DNA of 64,000 nucleotides from Eledone cirrhosa (GCA_964016885.1 OZ024742.1:149668001-149732000), one strand, 5' to 3'; counted from the first letter of the stretch, positions 1-13,282 are shown. Notes: a model not told the origin generated them from the letters alone. Translations and numbers: made by a program.

Positions 1-980
1 AGAATAATTGGTTCATGTTGAGCATAATTCTTATATTAACATTTTGTAAGGTGAAGTTGGGTACATCTGATCATTTCTAATACTCTGAGAAAATAGGAAA
101 AAGGAGTAAATAGATATTAATGATAAAATAATGAAGTAATTTATGAGGATGATAGCAAGCACCATAAGTGTATCAGTAGTGGAGCTAATACAACAGGGGG
201 TCTCATCAATTAAAAATTCCCCTCCAGGGTTTTACTAATATTATTATCATAGTATTAGATATTATTTTAAGAAGGAACAGCTGTTTTTAGATAAATAAAA
301 ATAATATAGCTAAAAAAAAAATCACATTATTTCCAGTTTCTGAACGATGGTGTTATTGAGGTTATGAGATTTTACTCAGGTATTCTTTACTGGTTTCAGT
401 TGTAATTTAGCCGTGCTGAGTTACTGCTTTCAAAGGTTTTTGTTGATCATATTAACTCCAGATAGGCGGAAAATTGGCAGAGTTGTTGAAATGTTCGTTA
501 AAGTGTTTTGCGGTATTTGTTTCAGCTCTCTGCCCTCTGAGTTTAAATTCCACTGAGGTCAACTTTGCCTTTCATCCATTTGAGGTTGAGAGAAAAAGTA
601 CTAGTCAAGTACTGGGGTCAATTCTTCCTCTCTATCTCTTCTCACGTCTATTCTCTCACTCTCTATCCTTCTCCAGAGGAAATCTGCTGTATTCAAACAT
701 AGAGAGGAGTTAGGCTCTGCTAAGTTTTAAAATGCTCTTGAAATGCTGTGTGTAAATACAGCACCACTACAACTCCTCGGGAGTTACAGGATCATGCATG
801 CATGAATGCATTAACCCCAGCTCTTATTGCCATCTGGTACTTATTTAATCAATCGATATCTATGGCTGAGTGAACATTGGCATGGCTGAGTGATTAAGAA
901 ATGTGCTTCACAATCATGATGTTATGGGTTCAATCTCACTAGGTGATATCTTTGACAAGTGTCTTTACTATAGGCTCAGG

Positions 981-1182
981 TTGTTATGGTGATGTTGGCC
1001 TGTTTGAGGTGGTGGTTATGGTGGTGGTGGCCTGGTTGAGGTGGTGGTTATGGTGGTGTTGGCCTGGTTAAGGTAGTTTTGGCCTGGTTAAGGTGATGGT
1101 TATGAGGGTATTGATCTGGTTAAGGTGATGGTTATGAGAATATTGGCTTGGTTGAGATAGTGGTTATGGTGGTGTTGACCTG
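981..1182 (+). repeat. Degenerate G/T-rich minisatellite, unit about 32 bp (ggtggtggttatggtggtgttggcctggttga), about 6 copies
   Basis: Recurring ggttatg...tggcctggtt(a/g)agg blocks are visible directly. Confidence 0.8.
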
Positions 1183-1504
1183 AGAACATTATTTTCATTA
1201 TTTTTAATGGAATCATTTGAGCATTGAATAAAATGTTTTGTAGCATTTAGTTATGGTTCTTTATGCTCGCTCGGAATTCAAATTTCACGGAGGTCAACGT
1301 TGCCTTTCATCATTCTGGGGTCAATAAAATAAAATACTAGTAAAATACTTGGGTCAATATAATTGATTTGCTTCTCTACCAAATTATATATATAAAAGCA
1401 ATGAAACAATATATCTCTAACAGTCAACTGATGAGATGGGACTGTCTGTATTCATTCATTTCCCTGCCTTCATCTATATATTTTATATATATATAAATAT
1501 ATAT

Positions 1505-2026
1505 AAGTAAGTATGTTTTGAAACAGTGAGCAGGTTTGAAATTAGAAAATAGAATAGCTTTCACCGTATTTTTGACTAAAGAAATTTTAGTCTGATAATG
1601 GGGTTTAGAACCCTCAGATAAATGGAAAAAGATGAGTATTGACGTACATGGGAGTCAAACCCACATCTTTGGATACTCATCTTTTTCCATTTATCTGAGG
1701 GTTCTAAACCCCATTATCAGACTAAAATTTCTTTAGTCAAAAATACGGTGAAAGCTATTCTATTTTCTAATTTCAAACCTGCTCACTGTTTCAAAACATA
1801 CTTACTTGTCATTTATACTCGCTAAGAATGTAGCTTCTAATTTGAATGGAAGGAGATGGGTGATGTGTTGGTGTAATAGTAGCACAGTGGTCTGGATAAC
1901 CAAAGATGTGGGTTTGACTCCCATGTACGTCAATACTCATCTTTTTCCATTTATCTGAGGGTTCTAAACCCCATTATCAGACTAAAATTTTTTTAGTCAA
2001 AAATACGGTGAAAGCTATTCTATTTT
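1505..2026. mobile_element. Penelope-like non-autonomous element: inverted partial copy plus a 260-bp unit with 94-bp terminal redundancy
   Basis: 1505-1639 is a perfect inverted repeat of 1673-1807; 1933-2026 repeats 1673-1766 with 1 mismatch; 1640-1672 is the reverse complement of 1900-1932; TA runs on both sides. Confidence 0.65.
1862..1932 (+). pseudogene. tRNA-derived cloverleaf (pseudo-tRNA, anticodon position GGA) inside the element above
   Basis: Acceptor GATGTGT/GTACGTC, D stem GTGT/GCAC, anticodon stem TGGT/ACCA with 7-nt loop CTGGATA, T stem GTGGG/CCCAT with loop TTTGACT. Spacing is canonical but the T loop and position 37 are not. Confidence 0.6.
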
Positions 2027-2052
2027 ATAAATATATATATATATGCACACAG

Positions 2053-2232
2053 GAACGTCGACAAAAGGAAGCAGCAGAAAGAGAACGCCGGGAAGCAGAA
2101 GATGCTAAGAAAAAGATAGCAGACGAAAAACTTGCTGCTGAAGATGCTATACGACGACAAGCTGAAGAAGAACAGCAGAAGAAAGAAGAAGCAGAACGCA
2201 AGAAGAGAGAAGCAGAAGAAAGACGCAAGAGA
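2053..2232 (+). CDS. TnI: Troponin I exon, N-terminal E/K/R/A-rich extension (ERRQKEAAERERREAEDAKKKIADEKLAAEDAIRRQAEEEQQKKEEAERKKREAEERRKR), phase 0-0
   Basis: cacAG acceptor at 2051-2052 and GTAAGT donor at 2233; 180 nt open frame. A charged helical extension like this is typical of long molluscan (scallop-type) TnI, and it is in phase with the downstream TnI exons. Confidence 0.85.
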
Positions 2233-2299
2233 GTAAGTCATTTATAATTTTGAAAGTTATGTTAATATTTACTTCTCTCTCTGTGAATATATACACATA

Positions 2300-2660
2300 T
2301 CATCATTATCACTATCACCATTTAACGTCCATTTTCCATGCTTGCATGGGTTAGACAGGTTGTCACGTTATGCTCATACGAATCTAAATATTGGCTTGGC
2401 TTTTACAGCTGGATGCTCTTCTTATCACCAGCCACCTTACATAGTGGACAGGGTGCTTTTTATCATGGCACCAAAACGACTACCTTACAGGGTGGACAGG
2501 GTGCTTTTTGTATGTCACCAGCATAAACAACTTACAGTGTGCACTGGGTGCTTTTTCTCATGTCACAAACATGACCACCTTATAGGGGTGGCTGGGTGCT
2601 TTTGTTGTCACACCGAATCAGCATACAGGATAGATTTTGTACTTTTTGTCATGTTAACAG
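2300..2660 (-). mobile_element. Old SINE copy with about 5-6 tandem copies of its internal aaaaagcaccc...tgtaa(a/g)gtgg module
   Basis: Reverse complement of the gcaagcatggaaaatggacgttaaatg(atg)n tail at 2300-2361, plus repeated gggtgcttttt blocks. Confidence 0.6.
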
Positions 2661-3151
2661 CATTCTGGGAGATTAGATGTTGAGTATGTCCGGCTCCCCC
2701 ACACACACACACACTCCACCCTGATTACACCTTCAGATTTATGCCTGTGATTATTGGGGCACTGGGATATGTTAGTAACTGCCTCAATACAAATCTTGAG
2801 AAGCTAGGCTTCACAGGAACAGAAAGAACACAACTAGTTAGGAAATTAGAAGTACAATCCATTAATGGAACAGTAAAAATATGTAAAACATTCCAAAAAT
2901 TTTGCATCTAATAACTGCATATACACATGTACAGATACAAAGCATATACACATGCACACATACAACTCAAAACATATACATCCACACATGCAATAACATC
3001 CATATCTACACATGCATGCATACATACATATCTACCTAGTTGATGTTGTGTGAATTTCAATGAGAGAGTCTTGTGTCTATGTTAGAAACTGACTCTCCCT
3101 CTATTGGTAACTTTGTGAAATTATAAAACCAGAAGAACATACATACATACA

Positions 3152-3760
3152 TGGTGGCTGCCAACTCGTTTTCGAGTACGGCCACTACTTTATATCCATG
3201 TAAGAGAACCCCTACCAATGCGCTGAACGAGTGTGACTTTTTAGTCCAGCCAGCGACTTGAAAACTCGGGTACAAACACTACACTTGTGACAATTATTGA
3301 CACATAGTGCTAGGCCCATGGTACCATGTGACGACAAGTGCAGAGAGATCTCCAGATACAAAGCAATGCCTGTGCCGTGAAGCTTTTATAGTGAGCAAAG
3401 GAACTGCACAAAGCCAGTCCCACTCTCTTAACCAAGATGATATTTACCAAAAAGAAGAACAAGTCAACATCATTGGATACCATCAGGGTTGCAGGTGTTA
3501 TATCAGAGTTTTCCTTCTCCTAGAATTCTGCCTTGACAAAGGCTAAGGGGTCATCTCTCCTGGTGATTTTGGATGGCCATTGACTCTTAAGAGCTCCTTT
3601 GCCCTTTGACAGGTTTTGTTTTTAGTCCTGCAGGATGTCCAAAGTCACCCTCCTCACCAAGAAACCTTGGTGGGGTTGCCAGTTTAGTCGCCAACGACCC
3701 GACCATGAGACATGTTGTACTGGGATACATGTTACCAGTAGCACCAACTGGTGACCTGAC
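3152..3760 (-). mobile_element. About 610-bp non-autonomous retroelement with an RTE-like 5' UTR, inserted in an (ACAT)n array
   Basis: Minus strand contains ctaggagaaggaaaactctg and ggtcgggtcgttggcgactaaactggc, resembling RTE-clade 5' UTRs (recalled). (ACAT)n lies on both sides, and the 3' half recurs at 17453-17755. Confidence 0.6.
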
Positions 3761-6700
3761 ATACATACATACATACATACATACATACATACATACATAC
3801 ATACATACATACATACACACACATATACATATATATATATATATATACTGGCCTGCCCCTCCTCGTAATGGTGCCACCCAGTTCCACACTGTAAATCTGG
3901 CCAGATTTGTCTCATGTTGTGGATGACCTGTCTAACCCATGCAAGCATGGAAAATGGACATTAAATGGTGATGATGATGATGATATATATATATATAATG
4001 GTTTTGAGTGTTTCTGTTTATTCAATTCTTTGTCTTTTTATATATGACTTTCTTTCTCCCACCATCCCATGTCTTCCCTTCTATCTTGTCTCTGTTTAAT
4101 TTTCCATCAATCCCTCTCTTTTTATCTACTCCCGTTTCCTTTGATGTTGGGAAAGCAGTAAGGAAAAAGAATAGTCTGAGCACTATACTAAATAATTACA
4201 CCCCAATTCAGAATTGAACATTTTTTCTTCTTGTTTGTGTATGAGTGTATGAATGGTGGGTGTTTTTACTATGCACATGTGAACTTTTCAGGGTTAAGCA
4301 CTTTGGTTAAGCCACATATTTTCCTCTCTGTAGCCAGTAAGAAATAAAGACCGACCTGACTAGTTTCAATATCTTTTACTGCTTTATCAGAGATCAGTTA
4401 TTTATCTTCCTGGAAGAATAGTAATTTGAAGCTATTCACAGTAGACACAAAATTAAATAGAATTAAATCGGTTTTCTTCAGTATGCATAAAAGTGCAATT
4501 GTTGGTAACATTATTCAATCAGTAGAAGCAGGACACAAGCTTTTTTTAAAATAAATTGTAATAGACTTCCTCAACAAAGTACAAGATTTCACCATAGTCT
4601 GCATAGTGATGTTTAGTTAACATTCATCTTTGTTGAAGCTAGAAGCTAATTGGCTGGAGCTTATTTTGGTTTCATATAGCATTAAGTGATTGACAGTACA
4701 CAACTTTCCACTAGACAAGATACCAGCCCAACACAAGATTAACTCCCAGCTGTTACTGTTGCGGCTGGGGCTCATTTTTATCAGCTAAGTGGTCTGGAGC
4801 AACATTTAGCGTCTTGCTCAAAAACACAATGTGCCACTTGTCTGAGAATTGAACCAATAACCTTAAGATCATAAACCTAACATCCTAACCACTAAACCAA
4901 ACACCTTCAATAAAGTTGTGATGAATGCATCACTCAGTAGATGTACAATACAATATTGTACACAGTAAGCATGAACAATGATAATAATAAGTCTTTTGAT
5001 AACAGACTATTGAAAACCATCCCAATTCTATAATAGAAAGCTGTTTGCTTTAAAGTGTTTACATTTATCTAAAAATGTTTATCATAATTTTATGTAAAAT
5101 CCTTTGTTAATGTATGTCCAAAACAGCAGCTTAATAATGAGAAAGTTCGTTATAAAAACAAAATCTTGCCAAATTCTTGATTATTTTCAAAATTATTTTT
5201 AATCATAGGCAGTGACTTTCATATAGCAATGATAGTGTTAAAAAAGTTTCCACTGAATATTAGTTACTCAAATGCTTTCCACATCTTGATATTCCTAGAA
5301 TTGGCAGGCATATATTCAATAGCTAGGTAAACTGATGTATTTAGAATAAAATGATCTTGTTCTAGACAGGAACTGGAATACTTGTCAGAAGATTTGAACT
5401 CACAAACTAAGCCCTGGTAGTTAGTCAAGTATTTATCCATTCAGTTGCTTTTACACAAAAATCTAATTTTTAAAAGTAAGATTGAAAATAGAGAATTAGA
5501 TAATATAAGATAATAGATAATTTTAAATAAATCTTTCTTCTGATCATTTTATTATCCTCTTCTTTATGGACATTGTGTTTGTTATATGTTTGTCACCATT
5601 ATCACCATCTTTATCATCATGTACTAAACAATAACAAAAACTACAAAGTATTTTGGTCAAGAAGGAATGGAATAGTGACATTGCAAAAGTTTAACAACCT
5701 CTCTCTGCCATTTATGATGACTGAATATTATCATACTATGAGCAGTGTCCATATTGATGCTACTACAAACTTTTGTCAGTTATACAATATTAAACAGCTA
5801 TACATCTATCCTTCTCACACATCTCCAATATCATCTACCAAATTTAATTGGTGTGCTTACCTTCACCTCGGTGAAGCTGTCAGAAATTTTTATTTATTAT
5901 GTATTTCCCTGTGATCTTACTTCCATAATTGTATTTTCTAGACATAAAACAGATAGTAAGGTCAAACAAAATTCCTCTTGCCTACCGACTTCCTCTCTGA
6001 TTCTTCCTTTAAATCTTAAAAATGTTGCTGCCTTCCGACTTCCTAAGCAGAACATTTTGTGGCTTAGATGGAAGGGGATAGAAATATAGAAGAAAAAGAA
6101 AGATGGCAAGTCATATGCTAGTAGCCAGCAAGTTGTACAGCAAACTTGCCAAATAATATTAGTTTTAATAATAGTTGCATACTTTATCCAACCTTGGAAG
6201 GTCAAATGCTTAAAGGGAAAAAGAGCATTGCCATGCATAAATTGCCATTTGCATCTCTGCATATTTGCAGTAAATAATATTACTAGAGTAACATTTTCAT
6301 AATGTCAGTCTTATTGCATGATTAAGAAAGTATGTAATAAATCTTACATATCATCATCACCTTCACAACCGCCATATTGATCTGAGTCACAGTCACTATC
6401 TTCATCATCTTTATCCCTTACTTCTTCGACATCTTCATGAATTTTATTCCTTCTTCACCATGAATATTATTTATGTTTGTCTAGCTTTTATTTTTGAAGT
6501 AGCATAACTCCTAAAAATACTTTAATGTACATTTTGATAACAGATATACATCATATACTTTCTCCTTTCTCTCTCCCCTTCTCTCGCCTTTGAACAAAAA
6601 TAAACATATTTTCCCCTTCCTTTGAAATATATCAATTACAGTGGTTTCTGTGTTGTTACTTAACACCTAACTATCTCTTTAGTTTCTCTCTATCTATAAC

Positions 6701-7099
6701 ACATTGCCAGTGCAGAGTAATTGTGAAATTCTGGTTATTCAAGCTTCATCTGCTAATTGCTTCACTTACTTTCAGTAAATCCTATTACATGCTGCTTCAC
6801 TTAGTGCCCAACTCCTCTAGTTTCCTACAGCATTAAATATCCTCCCAGAATTGAATATCTATTGTAATTAGACAAAACACTCAATTCTAAATCTCATTGC
6901 AGGTAATTTAGGTTTCTATCTATCTTAAAAGTTATATAAGATAGGAATATGATTTCAGTTAAGTGAAGTAAATGCATGACAAAAGCGCCATTAAAGTCAT
7001 TTAAAACACATATACAATGTTTTGTACACTTATGGTTTACTTTGTAAAAGTATAATATACTATAAAGTGTGAAATCTTTTTACAAAAACAAAAATGAAT

Positions 7100-7226
7100 A
7101 ATAATTGTTTCTACTTTAGGCACAAGGCCAGCAATTACCTAGTGCATTACTGGTACTTTATTTTATCGACCCCGTAAGGATGAAAGGCAAAGTCAACCTC
7201 GGCGGGATTTGAACTCAGATCGTAAA
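7100..7226 (-). mobile_element. 5'-truncated young tRNA-SINE (family A) with target-site duplication
   Basis: Reverse complement of ...gagttcaaatcccgccgaggttgactttgcctttcatccttacggggtcgataaaataaagtaccag...; aaatgaataataat on both flanks. Confidence 0.85.
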
Positions 7227-8309
7227 TGAATAATAATGTATGTTTTTAATGATTCTAACATGATGTAGTTGATTCAGTTTCAACATATGATCACAAATCA
7301 AATTCCTTGCCAAACGGGCCCATGTAGAGCTAGTAATGAGCTCCTATATAGATGGTAATGAGGCTCATGTAAAGCTAGTAACAAGCCCAGGTTAGATGTA
7401 AAATGTAGAGTCTATTTCAATTGATAGTTGGTCCTGGTAACCATTGCTTAGGATTTAAGTATGGGTTATGGGTATATACATGTAGTGTACAGCATATACT
7501 TACAAGTAACACAACAGTATAAAAGAATTAGAATGATTTCTATAAAAAAGGTAATCTTTAACCAAATAATCATCCCTTTGGCTTTAACTACAATGAAAGG
7601 ACCCCTTAAAACCATAGGTCCATGCCAACTGAACCACCTCTCTTCTGCTCCCTGTTTAAACATGCTTGCCAAACAAATACAACTCCTAAAGTTGATTTCA
7701 ATTTCTCTTGATTGTTGATGGAGACAACATTGTTTGAGAAAATAAACCTATGGTACAGAGATAGTTGATGGAAGAGATTTTTTAACAAGTATTCTATTTA
7801 ACGTTTTGTAGATATTATATATTAAGAATTAGGACTTTAAACATTAGGTGTCTATTTTAAAATAGCATAGAGATTGCTGAGAGAGAAACTGTATTGAGCA
7901 GGTTAATGTGGTCCTTTTTGGTTGTTTTCTCTTGGAATAAACATATGTATTTCACAAATATTTTTGAACAATGAAAAATAACAAAAGTAGATGAGAATTA
8001 TCAGCAAAACCTATGAAAAACTATTCAATATGAGTATGAAATTTCCTGTAAATTTTGCATTAAGATATGTGGAATTATGTTTATCTCAATTCTGTTATCG
8101 TTGTTGATCACGATGATGAGATAGATGAGGTATTTAGTAGATAGTATGGCAATACAGCAGAGGCAGGTTCCAGATATTAATAGATTTTCTATCTATCCAA
8201 GGCTATCAAAGATGTAAACTGTAAGAGTTGTTTTGATAATTGTTATACATCTATGCCCTACATAAATAATAATAATTATCATTTTCATATCTGTGTATTA
8301 TTACTATTA

Positions 8310-8950
8310 AGGTAGGGGATTGTCAGGATCATTATTGTCAGGCAAAATGCCTTGTGGTATCTGTTTTAACTCTGAATTCAAATTCTGCCAAAGTCAGCGT
8401 TGCCTTTCATTTTTCAAGTTTTGATAACATAAAGTACCAGTTGAGTAATGGGGTCAATACTAACCACTTCAGCTCAAAAAAATGTTATCATGTGCCTATG
8501 CAAAGAATTATTAGTATTGTAATTACTACTGGCAAAAGGGCAATTGATTGGCAGTATTGGTGGAGTGTTGAATATGCTTTGTGGCATCTGTTTACTTTCT
8601 GAGTTCAAATCCCACCGAAGTTAGCTTTGCCTTTCATTCTTATGGGTTCGATAAAATAAAGTGCCGGTAATGCACTCTTGTTGATTTAATAAACTTTCCC
8701 CTCCTCCAAAATTGTTGGCCTTGTGCCTAAATCAGAAACTTTATTATTACTAGTTGGGCAGTGGTTTGGCAGTATCGGTAGAGGGTCAGACCCATGATTT
8801 GCAGCAAAGCGTTACGGCCCTTTATGGTCTGAGTTCAAATTCCGCCAAGGTTAACTTTGCCTTTCATCCTTACGGGGTCGATAAAATAAAGTACGAGTAA
8901 TACACTGGGATAATTGCTGGCCTTGTGCCAAAAGTAGAAACAATTATTAT
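8310..8950 (+). mobile_element. Three head-to-tail family A SINEs, youngest at 8756-8950
   Basis: A box (tggcagtatcggtaga), B box (gagttcaaatcc), core gcctttcatccttacggggtcgataaaataaagtac and (att)n tail, repeated three times. Confidence 0.85.
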
Positions 8951-11900
8951 TATAAGTTAATAGCTGTAGTTCACAGAAAAAAAATTGCAAATAATAAAAC
9001 AAATCCTGTTTTCTAATAAACGTCACTTCATGATAATATAGCTTAATTATGTGTCTTAGTTTTATAGCCTCTTTCTGTATTACTATCCTTCTCTACCTTT
9101 TCCTCTTTATCATCATCATCATCAGCATTATCATGATCGTTGTCATCATTTTCAGAAGACCGTATTCTGTTGGTTCTCATATTTCAAAGCTATTTGTATG
9201 CTGTGTTTTATGTCAATTCATGTAGTTATGCCATCTATTTGGTGGTGGTGGTGTTGGTAGTGGTGTTCCCCATGTAGTACCAAATTATTATAAAGTTAGA
9301 CACCAGATGTCACCTGAGAGTGGGTAGGTCAGGTAGGCAACTGTGATATATGTTTATATGTATGTATATCAGTTTTAAGAGATATCACTTGACATGGTTC
9401 ACTGTTTTTGCTACTTTCTAGGAGTGTGCCAAATATTCATATTCTGCAACAAGAAAGCAGTCAATAAAAAAATGTAACAGGTTTTTGAGTTGCAATGATA
9501 ATTTTTTGTTTTTGTTTTTGTCATTGTCATTTGTACTACTTTTAGTCTTTTCTTATTAGTTAGTTTGGTATAGTATTGTTCTAGCTTATAAAATATAAAT
9601 AAATAACCAAAATAAAGATAATGCAGATTTGAGTGGATTTTGTCTTTAAATCATTTGTTATATTTCTAATAAAAGACACTACCTATGATTTTTAAATAAT
9701 TTTGAAAATAATTAAGAATTTGAAAGGAGTTAGTAATATAATTAACTTTCTCATTATTAAGCTGGTGTTTGGATCATGACTCAATAAAGGTTCCTATATA
9801 AAATGATGATGGGGAAATTCATAGATAAACATAAACACTATAAAATAAATAATTTAGTGTCATAGAACCTGGGGTGATTACAAGCAGTTTGGTATATGAA
9901 TTAGTTATGCAGTATGTTTATCTGGTTTATTCTGCATGCTGCAGCATCCATCCTCTTCTACTGTCACATCAACTGACATTTTTGCTTGCCAACTTGACTG
10001 AAACCTGAGATTCCATAGAGTGAACGTGCATATTTACACATGATATATTGAAACATATTGTGTGTTGTATAAGTTTCTCTGGTAAATTGCCAATTTGCAT
10101 CTAAAGTGCACTACTAGTATCTATCTCAACATGTACCATCTGCATCTTACACACATAGTCCAGTTTTCTGCGTTTTATGTCAATTGTGTGCATGCATATG
10201 ATATAATTAGGTTTGAACTAGTAATAAATGTGTTAATAATATCCACCTGTTTACAAATAAACTTAACATGATAATTGGGACACAGTGACAATTAGGCACA
10301 AAATAAAAATAAAATTGACCTCTGCTGCTTGATAAAATTGAACTGTTTTATGTGCTTTCTAGATTGATTCTTTAGTTAAGATATATATATATAAAGGACA
10401 TAAGTTCAAATCCCAGTCTGAGTGCCAGTCATGAATGATGGAACTACATTGAGCCAAGCACCACTGTAGGCTTGGGAGGCCAAGTGGAAGCATGCCAGAT
10501 ACATACACAGAGAGAGGAGGATAAACATATTTTATGGCCATTTTTCCCTACTAAAGCTTGGGTTAGAAGCATTGTGGGAATAGAAAATGATCCCTCTCTT
10601 TTGTCTGTCTTTTTTTCTGTTTGTCTCTTTCTGTATCCCCCCCCCCCTCTCTCTTTCCCTCTCTCTCATATTTACTTTTAGCTCTATATTGTGATAAAAT
10701 AACTTCCAATGCTATAAATTAATCTTGCTTACTTTTCAAATGTTTTAAAATACAGCCATTTGTTTCAGTGAAGACATTGTGTTTAAAGATACATGGTACA
10801 AACTATTATTTTCATTTCAAAGCTATTTCATATTTTTTTACAGTTTAGAGTCCTGATTTTTTAACACTTGATTCTAGCTTGCTAGTTTCTATATTTCTGT
10901 GTTCCTTTAAAAATGCATATTCTATTACTTTTTGTTCTCATAAACATTTGGATAGTTTCATATTGGAATTAAAATGGGGAAAATCGCAGGAACAAAATTA
11001 GCTGCATTAATCCAAAATTGTATTTAGTTATTCCTTAACTTCTGCCTCTGGAAGTAACAACACAGATCTATCTAGTAGAGTGTTTTAAATTATCCCTTAA
11101 GTTCTCAACATTTAGACAAAGTTTTTACAGATCATTCCTCAATTTGATAATAAAGACTCTTAGACATTTTTTTTTATTTTTGATAAAAATATATGTAGTA
11201 TTTAAGAATTATTTAACATCTAATATATACAATAGTTAGAAGTGCATGAACATCACAAACTCTTTCAAGTAATGGACATTTTTGCTTGGTCAGGAAAAAA
11301 CCAGCATTAGGTGTCTTCATTGTGTATTAGTAGGAACATTCAAATGATACTGGGTTATGTAGGCTGCAATTTAGGCAACTTATCTAGGATGGTAGTAACT
11401 CTGAGTAAAAACTGCTAGAGGATGAGGGAAGTCTTAAGGTCTGCCAAAGGTATCTTTTTGTAGCCCTGGTGGCATGATAAAATGCACCCTTACTTTTCTG
11501 TAAAGTGAATGAGATATTCTGAGACCCATTCAATCTAAGCAAGCATGGTATGAGATACAAGCTTTTTATTTCTCAATTAAAGCCAGTTTACTAACTGCTC
11601 TTTAGAAAATTCAGAATGTCACCCAGCCAGATGCATTCCCATAAAATTTGTAGCCCTGCTAGTTGCTAATAAGTATTGTAGGAAAGACCAGAATTTGATT
11701 TTGATTCTCATTCATAACTTTTTCACTTCACTTTACATATTGCTATGGACACCCAACTTTCTCTTTTCCATCAGGTTTATATCTGAAATCATATTTGTAT
11801 GTATGTAATTGATTACATGAATTGGTTCAGATACATTGTTTTGTATCAGGGATAATATTGATTCTTTTCAACTATGCATAGGGGCCATATATTTTAAGGT

Positions 11901-13282
11901 AGAAATGTTGTAAGATTTAATGGCATAAGGGATGTGAAGTGGAACAGTCTTGAACAGAGATTGAAATGATGTCTTGTTTTGCTTAGAGTTCTATTCAATA
12001 CTTGTTTCGCAAACATTGCTTCTTGAGAATGGATTCCTATACTATGGTGATTTCTGCCAGAGTCAGTATTAAAAATGAGTTCTTTTCACTACCATATCAA
12101 TAAGGGTGTGAAATCTGTGGATCTGATTAAGTACTAACTTTGTCTGGAATAACCTGTCCAACCCCTGCTAACAGGGAAAATGGACATTAAATAATTATAT
12201 ATATTTATATATGTGTAATGCCTAAGTCATGATGGGACCATTACAAATCTATCTGGAGTTGAAGGTCTAATGACTTAGGAGACAAGTGGAGTACTAAATT
12301 TTATTTAGATGTCTTCACATTAATGAACGTTTTCTTTTCTGAAAACAGGGTCTCAGTTATCTTTACTTGTATTATGCTGCCATCATATATATTGTTTACC
12401 AATGAGGTAGGGTCATACATATTTCTATTTTGAGTTTGTGTGTATATGCATATGCATTCATACATGTAAATGGCACAATGACATGCATATAAAACACTTT
12501 TTCTGATAGGACTATTGGCCATCTTCATGAAATATTATAGTTTCTACTTTTACTCCACCTGAATATTATTATAGTTGTTCATTATAATGGTTAATTGTTG
12601 TTGCTAGTCTGATCTGTTTGAAGTGGGTAGGTAGTGATAACGATAACAATGATGGTGGTGGCAGCAGTAGTGGTGATGTAGCAGCCTTATGATAAAGGTA
12701 TATATAAATGTTTGCAAGAATATGGTGGGGCTGGAATGTTTCTCATATTACATAGCTGGGGTATTTCTAGTGTGATATAGATAGCTCTCTACTCTCAAGT
12801 AATCACCCCACCCCCCCACTTTCTCTTTCCCTATTTTTTTTTCTTTCATTTCTCACACAGCATCTAAGCGAAATAAAAATATAAATACAATTTGCAGGAA
12901 ATAGTAATAAACTAAAAGACTGGTGTTGATGATAGTGGTAATAGTAGAGATGGTAATAGAGAAGAGAAGATAGAGTGGCTCTGATGTTTTCCATTTGGCC
13001 TGGCTAGCTGAATTGTTTGTAAAGCACTGAGAGTTCTCTGTTATCGGTTCTCTACTACTGCTATTTGTAACAGCTTGTTACCTCTAACCGGTGTGCATTA
13101 CATGTGGAGTTGCTACTTTTTCTGATGCCGAATGGGGTATCATGTCATGTGATCCTCTTACTGTATGCCTGCCACTGATACTTTTCTGCAATATAGAACA
13201 GCCTTTTGGCAAGGGGCCAATCTATAATAATCTTGAGAGAAGCATTCTAAGACCTAAGACCATACCATTATAACCAAGCAGC

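Noticed and set aside
981-1182. Gly-rich coding repeat (GGGYGG-like)
   Set aside because: The unit of about 32 bp is not a multiple of three, stops occur, and there are no convincing splice sites.
1588-1625. Hammerhead ribozyme in the foldback element (ctgataa-gggtt-tag-aaccc)
   Set aside because: The core is CTGATAA and no GAAA follows the putative stem II.
1862-1932. Functional tRNA gene
   Set aside because: T loop is TTTGACT, position 37 is a pyrimidine, several stem pairs are weak or mismatched, and it sits inside a repeated element.
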